Below are positions 1 to 9,631 of a stretch of DNA of 32,000 nt, piece by piece (position 1 is the first letter of the stretch; every line of letters begins with the position of its first letter). The stretch comes from Endozoicomonas sp. Mp262 (GTDB lineage: Bacteria > Pseudomonadota > Gammaproteobacteria > Pseudomonadales > Endozoicomonadaceae). Below the pieces are notes generated by a model that ran no database searches, was not told the DNA's origin, and saw only the letters and a program-made list of their open reading frames with translations. The stretch spans positions 4,934,581-4,966,580 of the forward strand of contig NZ_CP092489.1 in assembly GCF_025643335.1 (NCBI RefSeq), read 5' to 3'. The translations under genes were made by a program, and so were the position numbers.

Positions 1-227
1 TTTATCTGGAAAAATCTGCTTTTACGTCTCCCTAGACTTAAAAAGATAACCATTAAATACTCAGGTTAAAAGAAGTCAGCCATGAACCATGATGACTACA
101 CCCTCTTTCAGAAAGAAATGCAGGATACTTTTCAGTTTATTAATGACTGCCAAAAGATGGAGCTGAGAACGATTCTGGTCGTCCATGGGAAAGGAGAAAA
201 CAGAGAGAGGTATGCCCGAAAGCATCC

Positions 228-1544
228 CTAAGGCGAAATAAACTTTATCTTCTGTGCAATCTTGGTTCTACAGATAGGGCATTGATTATTATCTTTATTA
301 ATTTCCTCACTACATGCCTTACAACAAGCTAAGTGAGTGCACGGCAAAAAAATAATCTCTCGCATCTGATCCATACAAACTACACATTCATTTTTAGAAT
401 CATCCGCCCCATTAGCAGCACCATCTTGAGCTTGGGCAGTTGCAGAGCTAGACGTTGATACTAATGATTGAGTTCCTTGGGATAAAGCCTGTGACTTTGC
501 ATGCTTTGTCTTCATTATTTGAATTGCCATTCGCACACTACATTCCAGAGGTATATTACTTCGATCAAAATTAAAATTAGAATATAAATCCATATATGCC
601 TCATCAATCTCCATCTGACTATACCCCTGGTTCTCCAGTTCTTCATTAGCATTTTTAGGCTGAGAGTAGGGCTTAGCTGCTTTTTCGGCATCGGCTGTTG
701 CAATAAGCTGCTTAACACCATCAGCACCATAGCGCGCTAATAAAACAGGACACTCAGGAAAATATCTGGCATGCTCTGCCTCAAGCTGGTCTCCTTTTTC
801 AAATGCTATCAATGAGTGCCGACAAGGCATAAATACAACCCGATCATCAACACCGGTATAAATAGCATAACTTTTAGCCATAAATCCTGTATCCTGAATA
901 GCTGCCCACGCCGGCCAATTTTTTTTCCCTGGATAACCCATTGCATCAGGTTTCCCATTGAAGGTTTCTAATCTCAGAGCAAAGGATAAATGGAAGTCTG
1001 GTGCTGGACCATCAGCACAACACACTCCTGATTTAGCCAGCAGATCAATTGCATCAGCTGAATTATTTTTTTCAAACTTGCTTTCCAAATATGTGGATCT
1101 GATAAAACCTATAGCAATATCAGGATTATCCCATCCGCCTATATCACTCAACCTTTCAATGGGAAAATGATACAGATTGTTTTTCGCAAGCTCCTCCAGA
1201 GAACAACAGCAATTATTGTAAGTAAAATCCCTGGCACCGGTGAGCTGTAAACTTTTTAACCTATTATTATAGTCCGACATATCATCCATTACAGTTTTGA
1301 ACATTTGCCGCTCATTATTAGGAGGCAAACAAACAGGAAACACCCAAACATTAAGAACAGGGGGAACTGGAACCCGACTATAGAGCCATTCGATCCCTGC
1401 TTTCCAAAAAAACTCCTCTTTCTTTTCTAAAACAGGCAACTCATCCATAAGAGAGATATCATCTTTCCTGTACTCCGCCACTACGTAAAACGATAGCAAA
1501 GACGAAAAAACAAAAAACAAGCTGAAAACTCTTGAATTTCTCAT
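228..1544 (-). CDS. Secreted IAP-like protein: N-terminal signal peptide, degenerate BIR-like domain, C-terminal C3HC4 RING finger (putative E3 ubiquitin ligase / effector)
   Basis: ORF 228..1604. The internal ATG at 1544 gives MRNSRVFSLFFVFSSLLSFYVVA, a plausible Sec signal. The C-terminus CVVCMDQMREIIFLPCTHLACCKACSEEINKDNNQCPICRTKIAQKIKFISP fits C3HC4 RING spacing. The middle, TGVDDRVVFMPCRHSLIAFEKGDQLEAEHARYFPEC, follows the BIR pattern C-x16-H-x6-C. Confidence 0.8.
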   Translation of the reverse strand: MRNSRVFSLFFVFSSLLSFYVVAEYRKDDISLMDELPVLEKKEEFFWKAGIEWLYSRVPVPPVLNVWVFPVCLPPNNERQMFKTVMDDMSDYNNRLKSLQLTGARDFTYNNCCCSLEELAKNNLYHFPIERLSDIGGWDNPDIAIGFIRSTYLESKFEKNNSADAIDLLAKSGVCCADGPAPDFHLSFALRLETFNGKPDAMGYPGKKNWPAWAAIQDTGFMAKSYAIYTGVDDRVVFMPCRHSLIAFEKGDQLEAEHARYFPECPVLLARYGADGVKQLIATADAEKAAKPYSQPKNANEELENQGYSQMEIDEAYMDLYSNFNFDRSNIPLECSVRMAIQIMKTKHAKSQALSQGTQSLVSTSSSATAQAQDGAANGADDSKNECVVCMDQMREIIFLPCTHLACCKACSEEINKDNNQCPICRTKIAQKIKFISP

Positions 1545-1620
1545 TACTTTATTCTTTTTAAAACCTATGACTGCAACAATCCTAGTACAGCAAAAAAATG
1601 TCATAAGCTTTATTCATTAT

Positions 1621-1652
1621 AAAAAAACCTTACCCAAGCGGATAAGGTTTTT
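1621..1652. terminator. Bidirectional intrinsic terminator downstream of rplT
   Basis: AAAAACCTTA (1622-1631) / CCCAAGCGGA loop / TAAGGTTTTT (1642-1651); perfect 10-bp dyad flanked by A and T tracts. Confidence 0.8.
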
Positions 1653-1676
1653 TATGTTAACCGGGCTTTTAAAAGC

Positions 1677-2033
1677 TTAGGCCAGAGCAGCCTTTGCCTT
1701 TTCAACCAGCTGACCGAAAACGGCCTTCTCGTGAACAGCCAGATCAGCCAGAACCTTACGGTCGATTTCGATTGCTGCCTTCTTCAGACCAGCAATGAAA
1801 CGGCTGTAGGACAGGCCGTTGGTGCGAGCACCAGCGTTGATACGGGCAATCCACAGAGCGCGGAACTGACGCTTGCGCTGACGACGGTCACGGTAAGCGT
1901 ACTGACCCGCTTTGGTGACAGCTTGCTTGGCTACGCGGAATACGCGGGAACGCGCACCGTAATAACCTTTAGCCTGTTTAAGAACTTTCTTGTGACGACG
2001 ACGTGCAATGACGCCACGCTTGACACGAGCCAT
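1677..2033 (-). CDS. rplT: 50S ribosomal protein L20
   Basis: [58 protein letters not shown], a canonical L20 sequence. Confidence 0.99.
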   Translation of the reverse strand: MARVKRGVIARRRHKKVLKQAKGYYGARSRVFRVAKQAVTKAGQYAYRDRRQRKRQFRALWIARINAGARTNGLSYSRFIAGLKKAAIEIDRKVLADLAVHEKAVFGQLVEKAKAALA

Positions 2034-2065
2034 GAGTTATCTCCTGAAAAAATGAAAAAAAGCGA

Positions 2066-2257
2066 TTAGTCGCGCAGCATGCGCTTTACGAGACCCACGT
2101 CAGCGGGAGATACCAGAGAGGTACCACGCAGCTGGCGCTTACGCTTGGTAGTCATCTTGGTCAGGATGTGGCTCTTGAACGCGCCTTTGCGCTTGTAGCC
2201 GGAAGCAGTTTTCTTGAAACGCTTCGCGGCGCCACTGTTGGTTTTCATCTTTGGCAT
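2066..2257 (-). CDS. rpmI: 50S ribosomal protein L35
   Basis: [45 protein letters not shown], a canonical L35. Start trimmed from 2266 to the MPKMKT methionine. Confidence 0.97.
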   Translation of the reverse strand: MPKMKTNSGAAKRFKKTASGYKRKGAFKSHILTKMTTKRKRQLRGTSLVSPADVGLVKRMLRD

Positions 2258-2325
2258 GAAAAACACTCCGCATTTGGGTCATCCCGCAGGATGCCGAAAT
2301 TTTAAATGGATAGTAATCGCAATAA

Positions 2326-2372
2326 AAAAACCGGCTACGTGGTCTTTAGCAAGAAGTCCGTAGCCGGTTTTT
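2326..2372 (-). terminator. Terminator/attenuator-like hairpin between infC and rpmI
   Basis: AAAAACCGGCTACG (2326-2339) and CGTAGCCGGTTTTT (2359-2372) are perfect reverse complements. On the minus strand the GC stem ends in a T tract. Confidence 0.8.
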
Positions 2373-2383
2373 ATACAAACGGA

Positions 2384-2926
2384 TTACTTCTTCTTTTTCG
2401 GGGCAATCACCATGATCAATTGACGGCCTTCCATTTTCGGAAACTGTTCAACGGTTCCGATTTCCAGCAGGTCATTCTGAACCCGCTTCATCAGCTCCAT
2501 GCCCAGTTCCTGGTGAGCCATCTCACGGCCACGGAAACGAAGGGAGACCTTCGCCTTGTTACCCTCAGTCAGGAAACGTACCAGGTTGCGCAGTTTGACC
2601 TGATAATCCCCGTCTTCAGTACCCGGGCGAAACTTGACTTCTTTCACCTGGGTTTGAACCTGTTTCTTCTTCGCTGCGGCTTTCTGCTTCTTCAGCTCAT
2701 ACTGATGCTTGCCGTAGTCCAGGATTTTACAGACCGGCGGTTCGCTGGTTGCATTAATCTCAACCAGATCCAGCCCCGCTTCCTGGGCCATGGTCAAAGC
2801 GTCTCGCAAATCGACAATGCCGACCTGATCACCTTCGGCGCCAATCAGGCGGACTTCTTTGGCACGGATATTTTCATTAATCGGCGCTTTCTGAGGACGA
2901 CGATCACGGAAGCTGTTACGTCTGAT
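2384..2926 (-). CDS. infC: Translation initiation factor IF-3, initiated at a non-canonical ATC codon
   Basis: The track ORF starts at an internal TTG (2809). In-frame upstream sequence reads (ATC)[39 protein letters not shown], the conserved IF3 N-terminus. ATC at 2926-2924 is preceded by a GGAG Shine-Dalgarno, giving 180 aa. Confidence 0.93.
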   Translation of the reverse strand: MRRNSFRDRRPQKAPINENIRAKEVRLIGAEGDQVGIVDLRDALTMAQEAGLDLVEINATSEPPVCKILDYGKHQYELKKQKAAAKKKQVQTQVKEVKFRPGTEDGDYQVKLRNLVRFLTEGNKAKVSLRFRGREMAHQELGMELMKRVQNDLLEIGTVEQFPKMEGRQLIMVIAPKKKK

Positions 2927-3083
2927 AGGGGTATCTCCTGTATAAACATCAAGAAGCGAGTCGGGTTAGTAGTGCATGTAATCAATTAACCCGATCCACC
3001 AGAGGCCGCAAAAGCGTAGAAGATATGGCCGGTTCCATAAAGAGCCAGCCTTGTTGTGCTACAGCGGCCATTCAAACCTGCCG

Positions 3084-5015
3084 TCAGCCTTCAGCCGAAA
3101 TACGGCCACGCTTTGCAACGTCGGCCTTCAGCTGATCAATAAACGCTTCTATTGGCATCACACCCAGATCCTCACCTATGCGGGTTCTTACCGCAACAGT
3201 TCGGTTTTCCATCTCCTTATCACCAATAACCAGCAGATAAGGAACTTTCATCAAGGTGTGCTCGCGGATTTTAAAGCCGATCTTCTCGTTTCTCAAGTCC
3301 GCGTTTACCCTAAATCCACTTTCTGACAAAGTATTTTGCAATTCACGGGCATAATCACTTTGTCTATCGGTGATATTCAGGATAGCAACCTGGGTTGGAG
3401 CCAGCCATGGTGGCATGGCACCTTCAAAGTGTTCGATGAGAATTCCAATGAAGCGTTCAAAGGATCCCAGAATAGCACGATGCAACATGACCGGGGTTTT
3501 CCGCTCACCGCTTTCATCCACATACTCGGCACTCAGACGACCTGGCATTGAGAAATCCACCTGCACAGTACCACACTGCCACACACGACCGATACAGTCT
3601 TTCAGGGAAAATTCAATTTTAGGGCCATAAAAAGCCCCTTCACCGGGCAGCATCTCCCAGGGCAGTCCTTTGGCATCCAGGGCTTCCGCCAGCGCTTTTT
3701 CAGCCTTATCCCAGATTTCATCAGAGCCTACCCGCTTTTCAGGGCGGGTGGAGAGCTTGTAAATCAGGTTGGCACGGTCAAAACCAAAGTCGTCATAAAC
3801 TTCATGCAGGAAATCGATAAAGGCAGAGACCTCAGACTGAATCTGGTCTTCTGTCACAAAAATATGGGCATCATCCTGGGTAAAGCCCCGAACCCGCATA
3901 ATCCCATGAAGGGCACCAGAAGGCTCATTACGGTGGCAGGAACCAAACTCTGCCAGACGCATAGGCAGGTCACGGTAACTCTTCAGACCCTGGTTAAACA
4001 CCTGCACGTGACAAGGACAGTTCATCGGTTTGATGGCAATGTCCTTATTCTCTGAATTGGTGGTGAACATGTCATCCTTGAACTTATCCCAGTGACCAGA
4101 CTTCTCCCACAGGGTACGCTCTACCAGCTGGGGTGTCTTGATCTCCTGGTAGCCATGCACTTTCTGCTTCTTGCGCATGTACTGTTCCAGCTCTTGGTAG
4201 ATAGCCCAGCCATTAGGATGCCAAAACACCATACCTGGCGCTTCTTCCTGCATGTGGAACAGGTCAAGCTTTTTAGCCAGCTTACGGTGATCCCGCTTTT
4301 CTGCCTCTTCCAGACGTTTCAAATAAGCCTTAAGCGCTTTTTTATCTTCCCAGGCTGTGCCATAAATCCGGGTCAGCATTTCATTGCTGGAATCGCCCCG
4401 CCAATAGGCACCTGCTACCCGCATCAGTTTGAACGCTTTCAGTTTACCTGTAGAGGGGACATGGGGGCCACGGCACAGATCCATCCACTGACCCTGACGA
4501 TACACAGAAATCTCTTCAGAGTCTGGCAGGTCGTTGATAATTTCAACTTTATATTCTTCACCCAGCGCCTTAAATGCACTGACGGCTTCAGAGCGGCTCA
4601 TCACCACCCGTTCAATGGCCATATCCTGCTTAGCCAGTTCATCCATCCGCTTCTCGATCTTTTCCAGGTCTTCTGGTGTGAAGGCACGCTCATAGGAAAA
4701 GTCGTAATAAAAGCCACTATCGATCACGGGACCAATAGTAACCTGTGCTCCCGGATATAAGTCCTGGGTTGCCATTGCCAATAAATGAGCCGTGGAATGG
4801 CGGATAATATCAACGCCCTCTTCATCACGAGACGTGATAATGGCCAATTCAGCATTTTCTTTAATCGGGGTGCTGGCATCCACCAGCTGACCATTAACTC
4901 GACCTGCCAGAGTTGCCTTGGCAAGACCAGGGCCGATATCCTGGGCGACTTCCATCACGGAAACAGCGTCAGCAAACTCGCGCTTGCTGCCATCGGGAAG
5001 CGTAATTACGGGCAT
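3084..5015 (-). CDS. thrS: Threonyl-tRNA synthetase
   Basis: [14 protein letters not shown]...; class II motifs incl. [24 protein letters not shown] and NCPCHVQVF. Start set at the MPVITLPDG methionine (5015), not 5153. Confidence 0.98.
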   Translation of the reverse strand: MPVITLPDGSKREFADAVSVMEVAQDIGPGLAKATLAGRVNGQLVDASTPIKENAELAIITSRDEEGVDIIRHSTAHLLAMATQDLYPGAQVTIGPVIDSGFYYDFSYERAFTPEDLEKIEKRMDELAKQDMAIERVVMSRSEAVSAFKALGEEYKVEIINDLPDSEEISVYRQGQWMDLCRGPHVPSTGKLKAFKLMRVAGAYWRGDSSNEMLTRIYGTAWEDKKALKAYLKRLEEAEKRDHRKLAKKLDLFHMQEEAPGMVFWHPNGWAIYQELEQYMRKKQKVHGYQEIKTPQLVERTLWEKSGHWDKFKDDMFTTNSENKDIAIKPMNCPCHVQVFNQGLKSYRDLPMRLAEFGSCHRNEPSGALHGIMRVRGFTQDDAHIFVTEDQIQSEVSAFIDFLHEVYDDFGFDRANLIYKLSTRPEKRVGSDEIWDKAEKALAEALDAKGLPWEMLPGEGAFYGPKIEFSLKDCIGRVWQCGTVQVDFSMPGRLSAEYVDESGERKTPVMLHRAILGSFERFIGILIEHFEGAMPPWLAPTQVAILNITDRQSDYARELQNTLSESGFRVNADLRNEKIGFKIREHTLMKVPYLLVIGDKEMENRTVAVRTRIGEDLGVMPIEAFIDQLKADVAKRGRISAEG

Positions 5016-5318
5016 ACGTAAGGTATCCTTTGATTTCAATAAGGTCAGGTTCTGTTCACAGAACCTAAGTTTCAGTGGCAACCCATACCAGGAGCTGCAT
5101 GTTTTTCGCTCATTGCAACCCATACCAGGGGCTGCGAGCATTACCAGTGGCACCTCATACCAGGAAGTGCATGGATTTCCTTACCGCTATACGGTATTGA
5201 GAGTTCATCTGAAGGTAAGTTTGTGACCCGGGTTCGAGCCAATACCTGTTTCAAACACCCTCTGAGGAAAATCTGGGCTGGACCCTGTATTCTCCAAGGC
5301 TGCCTATAGAGGTGTCAA

Positions 5319-5627
5319 GCTAGGGGCTGTTGATGTTTTATCGCGTGCTCAGCCAAAGCCAGCGTTTTCGTGGCTAGGCGTAGCAGCGCAGGAATAACCT
5401 AAAGGTCACACGTGCTCATGCCTTTCAAGCTGCTGCAACGACGGCACGGAAGCGCTGGCTTTGTGGCTCTCCGATTGGCTCGTAAAGCGGCCTTCCGACT
5501 GCGTTAAACTGGCTTGACTTAGAATAACTACGCGCTGCACCAGTTCGCCCGGTGTGCCCCATTGGGTATTGCGTAAGGCCGCTTTACGAACCACTGAGCT
5601 CGCGATAAAACATCAATAGCCCCTAGC
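5319..5627. mobile_element. MITE-like non-coding element with long terminal inverted repeats
   Basis: Left end GCTAGGGGCTGTTGATGTTTTATCGCG(T)GCTCAG (5319-5352). The right end (5594-5627) is its reverse complement with 2 mismatches in 34. Internal inverted repeats CGTAAAGCGGCCTT (5481-5494) / AAGGCCGCTTTACG (5575-5588). No transposase ORF. Confidence 0.65.
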
Positions 5628-6267
5628 AGGATTATAGACAGATTTTTACTGTAGTTCCTTTCATTGATGAATGGCTATAGCGGCCTATCAAGCCACTAAT
5701 ATCTTCCCCTAAGCAAAATAGATTTAAATCTTTTACAAGCTGCTTTTTCTTTATCACTTCCTTCTTCCATAGTTTATGGAAAAAAAAGCAGTTGGCAGAA
5801 AAAACACAACCATCCATTTTAAAAATCGAGCATTAAAAAATAAAAAAAAGACCAAGTATAGAATATAATAAAACAGTAACCCTATTACAAAAGAATAAAA
5901 TTATCCATCATATCCTTTAAACAATAAGAAAATAATAACCATTAAAAACAAGCAATCTGAAGTATGTAACCACTCACTTCAACCCAATAGAAAAACAGAG
6001 GCATATTAAAAGCGGAGAGTCTTAAAAAATAAAACCCGACAGCAAAAAGATAAATCCAAAAACACACTCAATATACATACAGAAAAGTTCTTATTAAATA
6101 AACAAAACCCCAACCCTCACTCCATTTAAAAACACCCTAATTAATTATTAATAACAAATATTAAACAGTATCAATTGTTATTTTCATAAACAGTAAATAT
6201 CCAGCCTTGCAAATCTTTTCAATGAATCCCACACTATACGCTTTCAACTGCCGTACCCTGACTATCA

Positions 6268-7386
6268 ATGACCGGAATCCCCTCTGATACTGAAACCGAA
6301 GATTACCTGGGCCTTTTCCTGAACAATATCCCTTTACTGGATGTTCGATCCCCCTTTGAATACAGCAAAGGCACTTTTCCCACAGCAACCAATATCCCCA
6401 TACTGGATAATGAGCAGCGAATCCTCATAGGAACCTGCTATAAAAAGTATGGGCATGATGCCGCTGTTCAACTGGGACAAAAACTGGCCACCGATGATGT
6501 CCGCAAGCAGCGCATGGCTCACTGGATAGATTATGTAAAAGAAAACCCTAGTGGTTATCTTTTTTGCTTCAGGGGTGGCGAGCGCTCACATATTACCCAG
6601 GCCTGGCTCAAAGATGCGGGTTATGACTACCCGTTGGTAAAAGGCGGTTATAAAGCCATGCGTACCTTTTTGCTGGAACAGCTGGAAGAATCCATTGAGC
6701 GCAGCAAAATCATTATTCTTAGCGGCAAAACCGGTACTGGCAAAACCCGCCTTCTTCACCAACTGGATGACAGCATTGACCTTGAAGGCATTGCCAATCA
6801 CCGTGGTTCAAGTTTTGGACGGCGGGTGGGTGGTCAGCCCACTCAAATCGACTTTGAAAACCGGTTAGCCATCGCTTTCCTGAAGCACCTGCACCTTAAA
6901 CCAGGCCGTCCCATTATTCTGGAAGATGAAAGCAAATTGATTGGTCGCTGTAGCCTGCCACAGTCCCTCAGGGACAAAATGCAGCTTGCTCCCGTTATTC
7001 TGCTTGAAGAATCCATTGAAAAGCGGGTTGACATTGGTGTCCAGGAATACATTATCGACAACCTGAATGACCTGAAAGGCGTGGATCAGGATAAAAATGC
7101 CCCGTTAGAACAACTGGTTAACGGTCTTCGTGACAGCCTGTTCCGCATCAAGAAACGCCTGGGTGGCTTAAGGTATCAACAGCTATCCGAGCTGCTGGAA
7201 ACAGCCATAGCCCTTCATGGCAGCCAATCAGACACGGCAGGCTATAAACCACTTATAGCCGCCCTGCTGACTGAATACTACGACCCCATGTACGACTACC
7301 AGCTCAAACAAAAACAGGGTGAGATTATCTTCAGGGGAGATGGTCAAGCTATCACAGACCATTACTCACAACTCACTCAGGCCTGA
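6268..7386 (+). CDS. mnmH: tRNA 2-selenouridine synthase (rhodanese-like domain plus P-loop domain)
   Basis: LLDVRSPFEYSKGTFPTATNIPILDNEQR, FCFRGGERSH (catalytic-Cys region) and SGKTGTGKTRLLHQL (P-loop). Confidence 0.93.
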   Translation: MTGIPSDTETEDYLGLFLNNIPLLDVRSPFEYSKGTFPTATNIPILDNEQRILIGTCYKKYGHDAAVQLGQKLATDDVRKQRMAHWIDYVKENPSGYLFCFRGGERSHITQAWLKDAGYDYPLVKGGYKAMRTFLLEQLEESIERSKIIILSGKTGTGKTRLLHQLDDSIDLEGIANHRGSSFGRRVGGQPTQIDFENRLAIAFLKHLHLKPGRPIILEDESKLIGRCSLPQSLRDKMQLAPVILLEESIEKRVDIGVQEYIIDNLNDLKGVDQDKNAPLEQLVNGLRDSLFRIKKRLGGLRYQQLSELLETAIALHGSQSDTAGYKPLIAALLTEYYDPMYDYQLKQKQGEIIFRGDGQAITDHYSQLTQA

Positions 7387-7397
7387 AAGCTTGTGGT

Positions 7398-7417
7398 ATC
7401 CCCGCATTCGCGGGGAT
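7398..7417. repeat. REP-like palindrome between convergent genes
   Basis: ATCCCCGC-ATTC-GCGGGGAT, perfect 8-bp arms. Confidence 0.5.
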
Positions 7418-7522
7418 GATGATTCAAAGTAAGCAGTTGGTAGAGTGCATGCACTTCAATAACCACATACGATGTTTTACTCTTTTTTACTACAAGTTTC
7501 AGTAATCACTCCACCTGTAAAT

Positions 7523-9631
7523 CTATTGCCCGGAACTCGGATAGAAAGGTAGCTCTCTCAGTAGAAACTCGTCTGGTTCCAGGCGAAGCTCATCCGATCC
7601 GGTAACGTCCTCCTCTGTCGTGTTTAATGGAACACTTGAGGATGGCGTTACTGGTATAGCACTTATTCCGTCATCAGGATCATCAAACCCCGCTGTTTCT
7701 CCGGTTACGTCAAAGAGTGAGTCGTACTCCGTTGCATCAAAAACAAGTACTTGTACACTGCTAAGGGTGGGATTCGCATCCGTAATGGTAATCCGAACGA
7801 CTTGCGTGCAATCTTCACTCAGCTGGTAGTCGGTCGTGACATGGGAGGGGTGAGGATCATTGTCAGAATCCCTTTGATGTATCATGTTAGTCTGTTGGTC
7901 AAAGACAAAAACTTGATATGCGCCAATTATGTTGCTACTTGTGCTGGAAAGCGAATCAAAAACAGCAATCTGTTCAGGAGCCACCATAGCACCTTGACTG
8001 GATTGGTCATTGACCAATTCATTAAAGTAGCGAGCCATCGTCTCACCAAAAAAAAATAAGTATCGAATCTGTTCCGGACTTGTATCATGATTGCTTGCCA
8101 AAGCTTGAAGTATTGTCTGTAAAGCAGAACCACGATTAGGGATTGAGGGCGGTTTTTTGCAGTCCATTTCACAATCTGAGTGTTCTTCATGAGGTTCTAC
8201 GCAGGCTGGGCCTTCATAAACAGAGTGTTTATGTGACGCAGTATGAAAATCGCAGCACATAGAACCACCATTACTATTGCCATGAGCACTACCACATACT
8301 AGCAACTCCCTGTCACCATTACTGTTCACATTGACTTCCCTATCAGCGGGGATAGAATGATAAATGAATGGGCGTCTCCAACGATAACCCGCATTATATT
8401 TTTTATAAAATTCACTCTTGTAATCTTTCGTTCTCTCCTCACGATGCTTTTCATTAAGATAAATTCTGTATTCTACATAGTCGGTTCCCCTATATTCTTC
8501 GTAGTTTTTATTTTCATCACTGAAGGTGTGATGAACTAAAGAGCACTCTGTTTTATTTCGACCTATAAGTCGGCGAATGAACATATACGGAAAATGTGAC
8601 TGTGGAAGGTCATCATCTATAAGATGCTCATTGTGGATAGGTTGAAGAGGGATATCGCGATTAGTCACGCGACCTTCCTCATCCACAACATGCATTCTAA
8701 AGTAGAAAGTAGCATTACTTAAATCACAAAATCGAGTTTGATCAGGAAATATATAACAATCATATTTACTTGGGATTTGCACAGCTATTTTTAGCAAGTT
8801 ATCTAATGCTTGACGTATGGAATTGTTTACTGCATCAAACGAAACTTGATTTGTTACTTCCATCCATGGATGTTTACTACAAAACCTAAGATAGGCTCCG
8901 CTTTCTGTATCTCGGCGTCTATCTCTATTAAAGAATGTTTTCTCTCTCATCCTCCTCAGTCTCTCAAAGGAATATTTTTTCATTAATAGGTATGTCTTTA
9001 TATTACGCCTTATCCTATTATACTTTTCGCGAGTTTCACCGATATATACATGTCTGGTTCTCGAGATAATCTCATCGACACTTCCATGGATGCCTCTATC
9101 TATATTTGCATTTGTAGTAGCAATTATATCTAATGCCACATCATACAGTTGTTGAAATAACTCGACTATATTGTTGTTATCTGAATCAATATTTTCTTCT
9201 ATATAATCGTATGAGTCAGCACTGTTATCTGATCGCTCTTGTCGTTGAAAAGGAATTTCATATGCTGGAAAAAAACACAACAGCATCTCTTCAAATATCA
9301 TGATTAAGTCTAAGTATTTCCAATATGTCGACTGATGTTGTTCAACCGTTTTGAGGCTAATTAATGATTCAATGTCATCAATGGTTCTATAACCACTGGG
9401 AGATGTTTGAAGGGAATGTTTCATGATATTTTCATAAAACTGAAATACAACTGTATCTTCTTGAATTATATACCTTCTAAGAGTGGCTATTTCATGGCCA
9501 TTAAAAATCACCTTATACTTATCTTTAAAGGATAATGACTGTGTTTGTGGTGCAAATGCTATCAGAATTAGTGTAAAACTGATAGCTTTTAGAAAATTAT
9601 TGGTTAATAACTTTGAATATGAATAAATCAT
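7523..9631 (-). CDS. Large secreted cysteine/histidine-containing protein of unknown function
   Basis: Intact 700+ aa ORF. From ATG 9631 it begins MIYSYSKLLTNNFLKAISFTLILIAFAPQTQS (signal-peptide-like). Contains LLVCGSAHGNSNGGSMCCDFHTASHKHSVYEGPACVEPHEEHSDCEMDC. No family recognised. Confidence 0.75.
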   Translation of the reverse strand: MIYSYSKLLTNNFLKAISFTLILIAFAPQTQSLSFKDKYKVIFNGHEIATLRRYIIQEDTVVFQFYENIMKHSLQTSPSGYRTIDDIESLISLKTVEQHQSTYWKYLDLIMIFEEMLLCFFPAYEIPFQRQERSDNSADSYDYIEENIDSDNNNIVELFQQLYDVALDIIATTNANIDRGIHGSVDEIISRTRHVYIGETREKYNRIRRNIKTYLLMKKYSFERLRRMREKTFFNRDRRRDTESGAYLRFCSKHPWMEVTNQVSFDAVNNSIRQALDNLLKIAVQIPSKYDCYIFPDQTRFCDLSNATFYFRMHVVDEEGRVTNRDIPLQPIHNEHLIDDDLPQSHFPYMFIRRLIGRNKTECSLVHHTFSDENKNYEEYRGTDYVEYRIYLNEKHREERTKDYKSEFYKKYNAGYRWRRPFIYHSIPADREVNVNSNGDRELLVCGSAHGNSNGGSMCCDFHTASHKHSVYEGPACVEPHEEHSDCEMDCKKPPSIPNRGSALQTILQALASNHDTSPEQIRYLFFFGETMARYFNELVNDQSSQGAMVAPEQIAVFDSLSSTSSNIIGAYQVFVFDQQTNMIHQRDSDNDPHPSHVTTDYQLSEDCTQVVRITITDANPTLSSVQVLVFDATEYDSLFDVTGETAGFDDPDDGISAIPVTPSSSVPLNTTEEDVTGSDELRLEPDEFLLRELPFYPSSGQ

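Noticed and set aside
10-23. 14-mer AAAAATCTGCTTTT shared with 26090-26103
   Set aside because: AT-rich and short; a chance match of this length is expected in a 32-kb window.
2306-2989. 227-aa plus-strand ORF opposite infC
   Set aside because: Antisense shadow of the conserved infC reading frame; no family similarity.
5074-5174. Possible CRISPR array
   Set aside because: Only three degenerate repeat units with short irregular spacing and no cas genes.
5406-5594. 62-aa ORF inside the MITE-like element
   Set aside because: Spans palindromic non-coding repeat sequence; no start context or transposase-like motif.
5632-6150. Short AT-rich ORFs and possible ncRNA between the MITE and mnmH
   Set aside because: No conserved motif, hairpin with T-tract or credible RBS-led ORF; treated as ordinary intergenic DNA.
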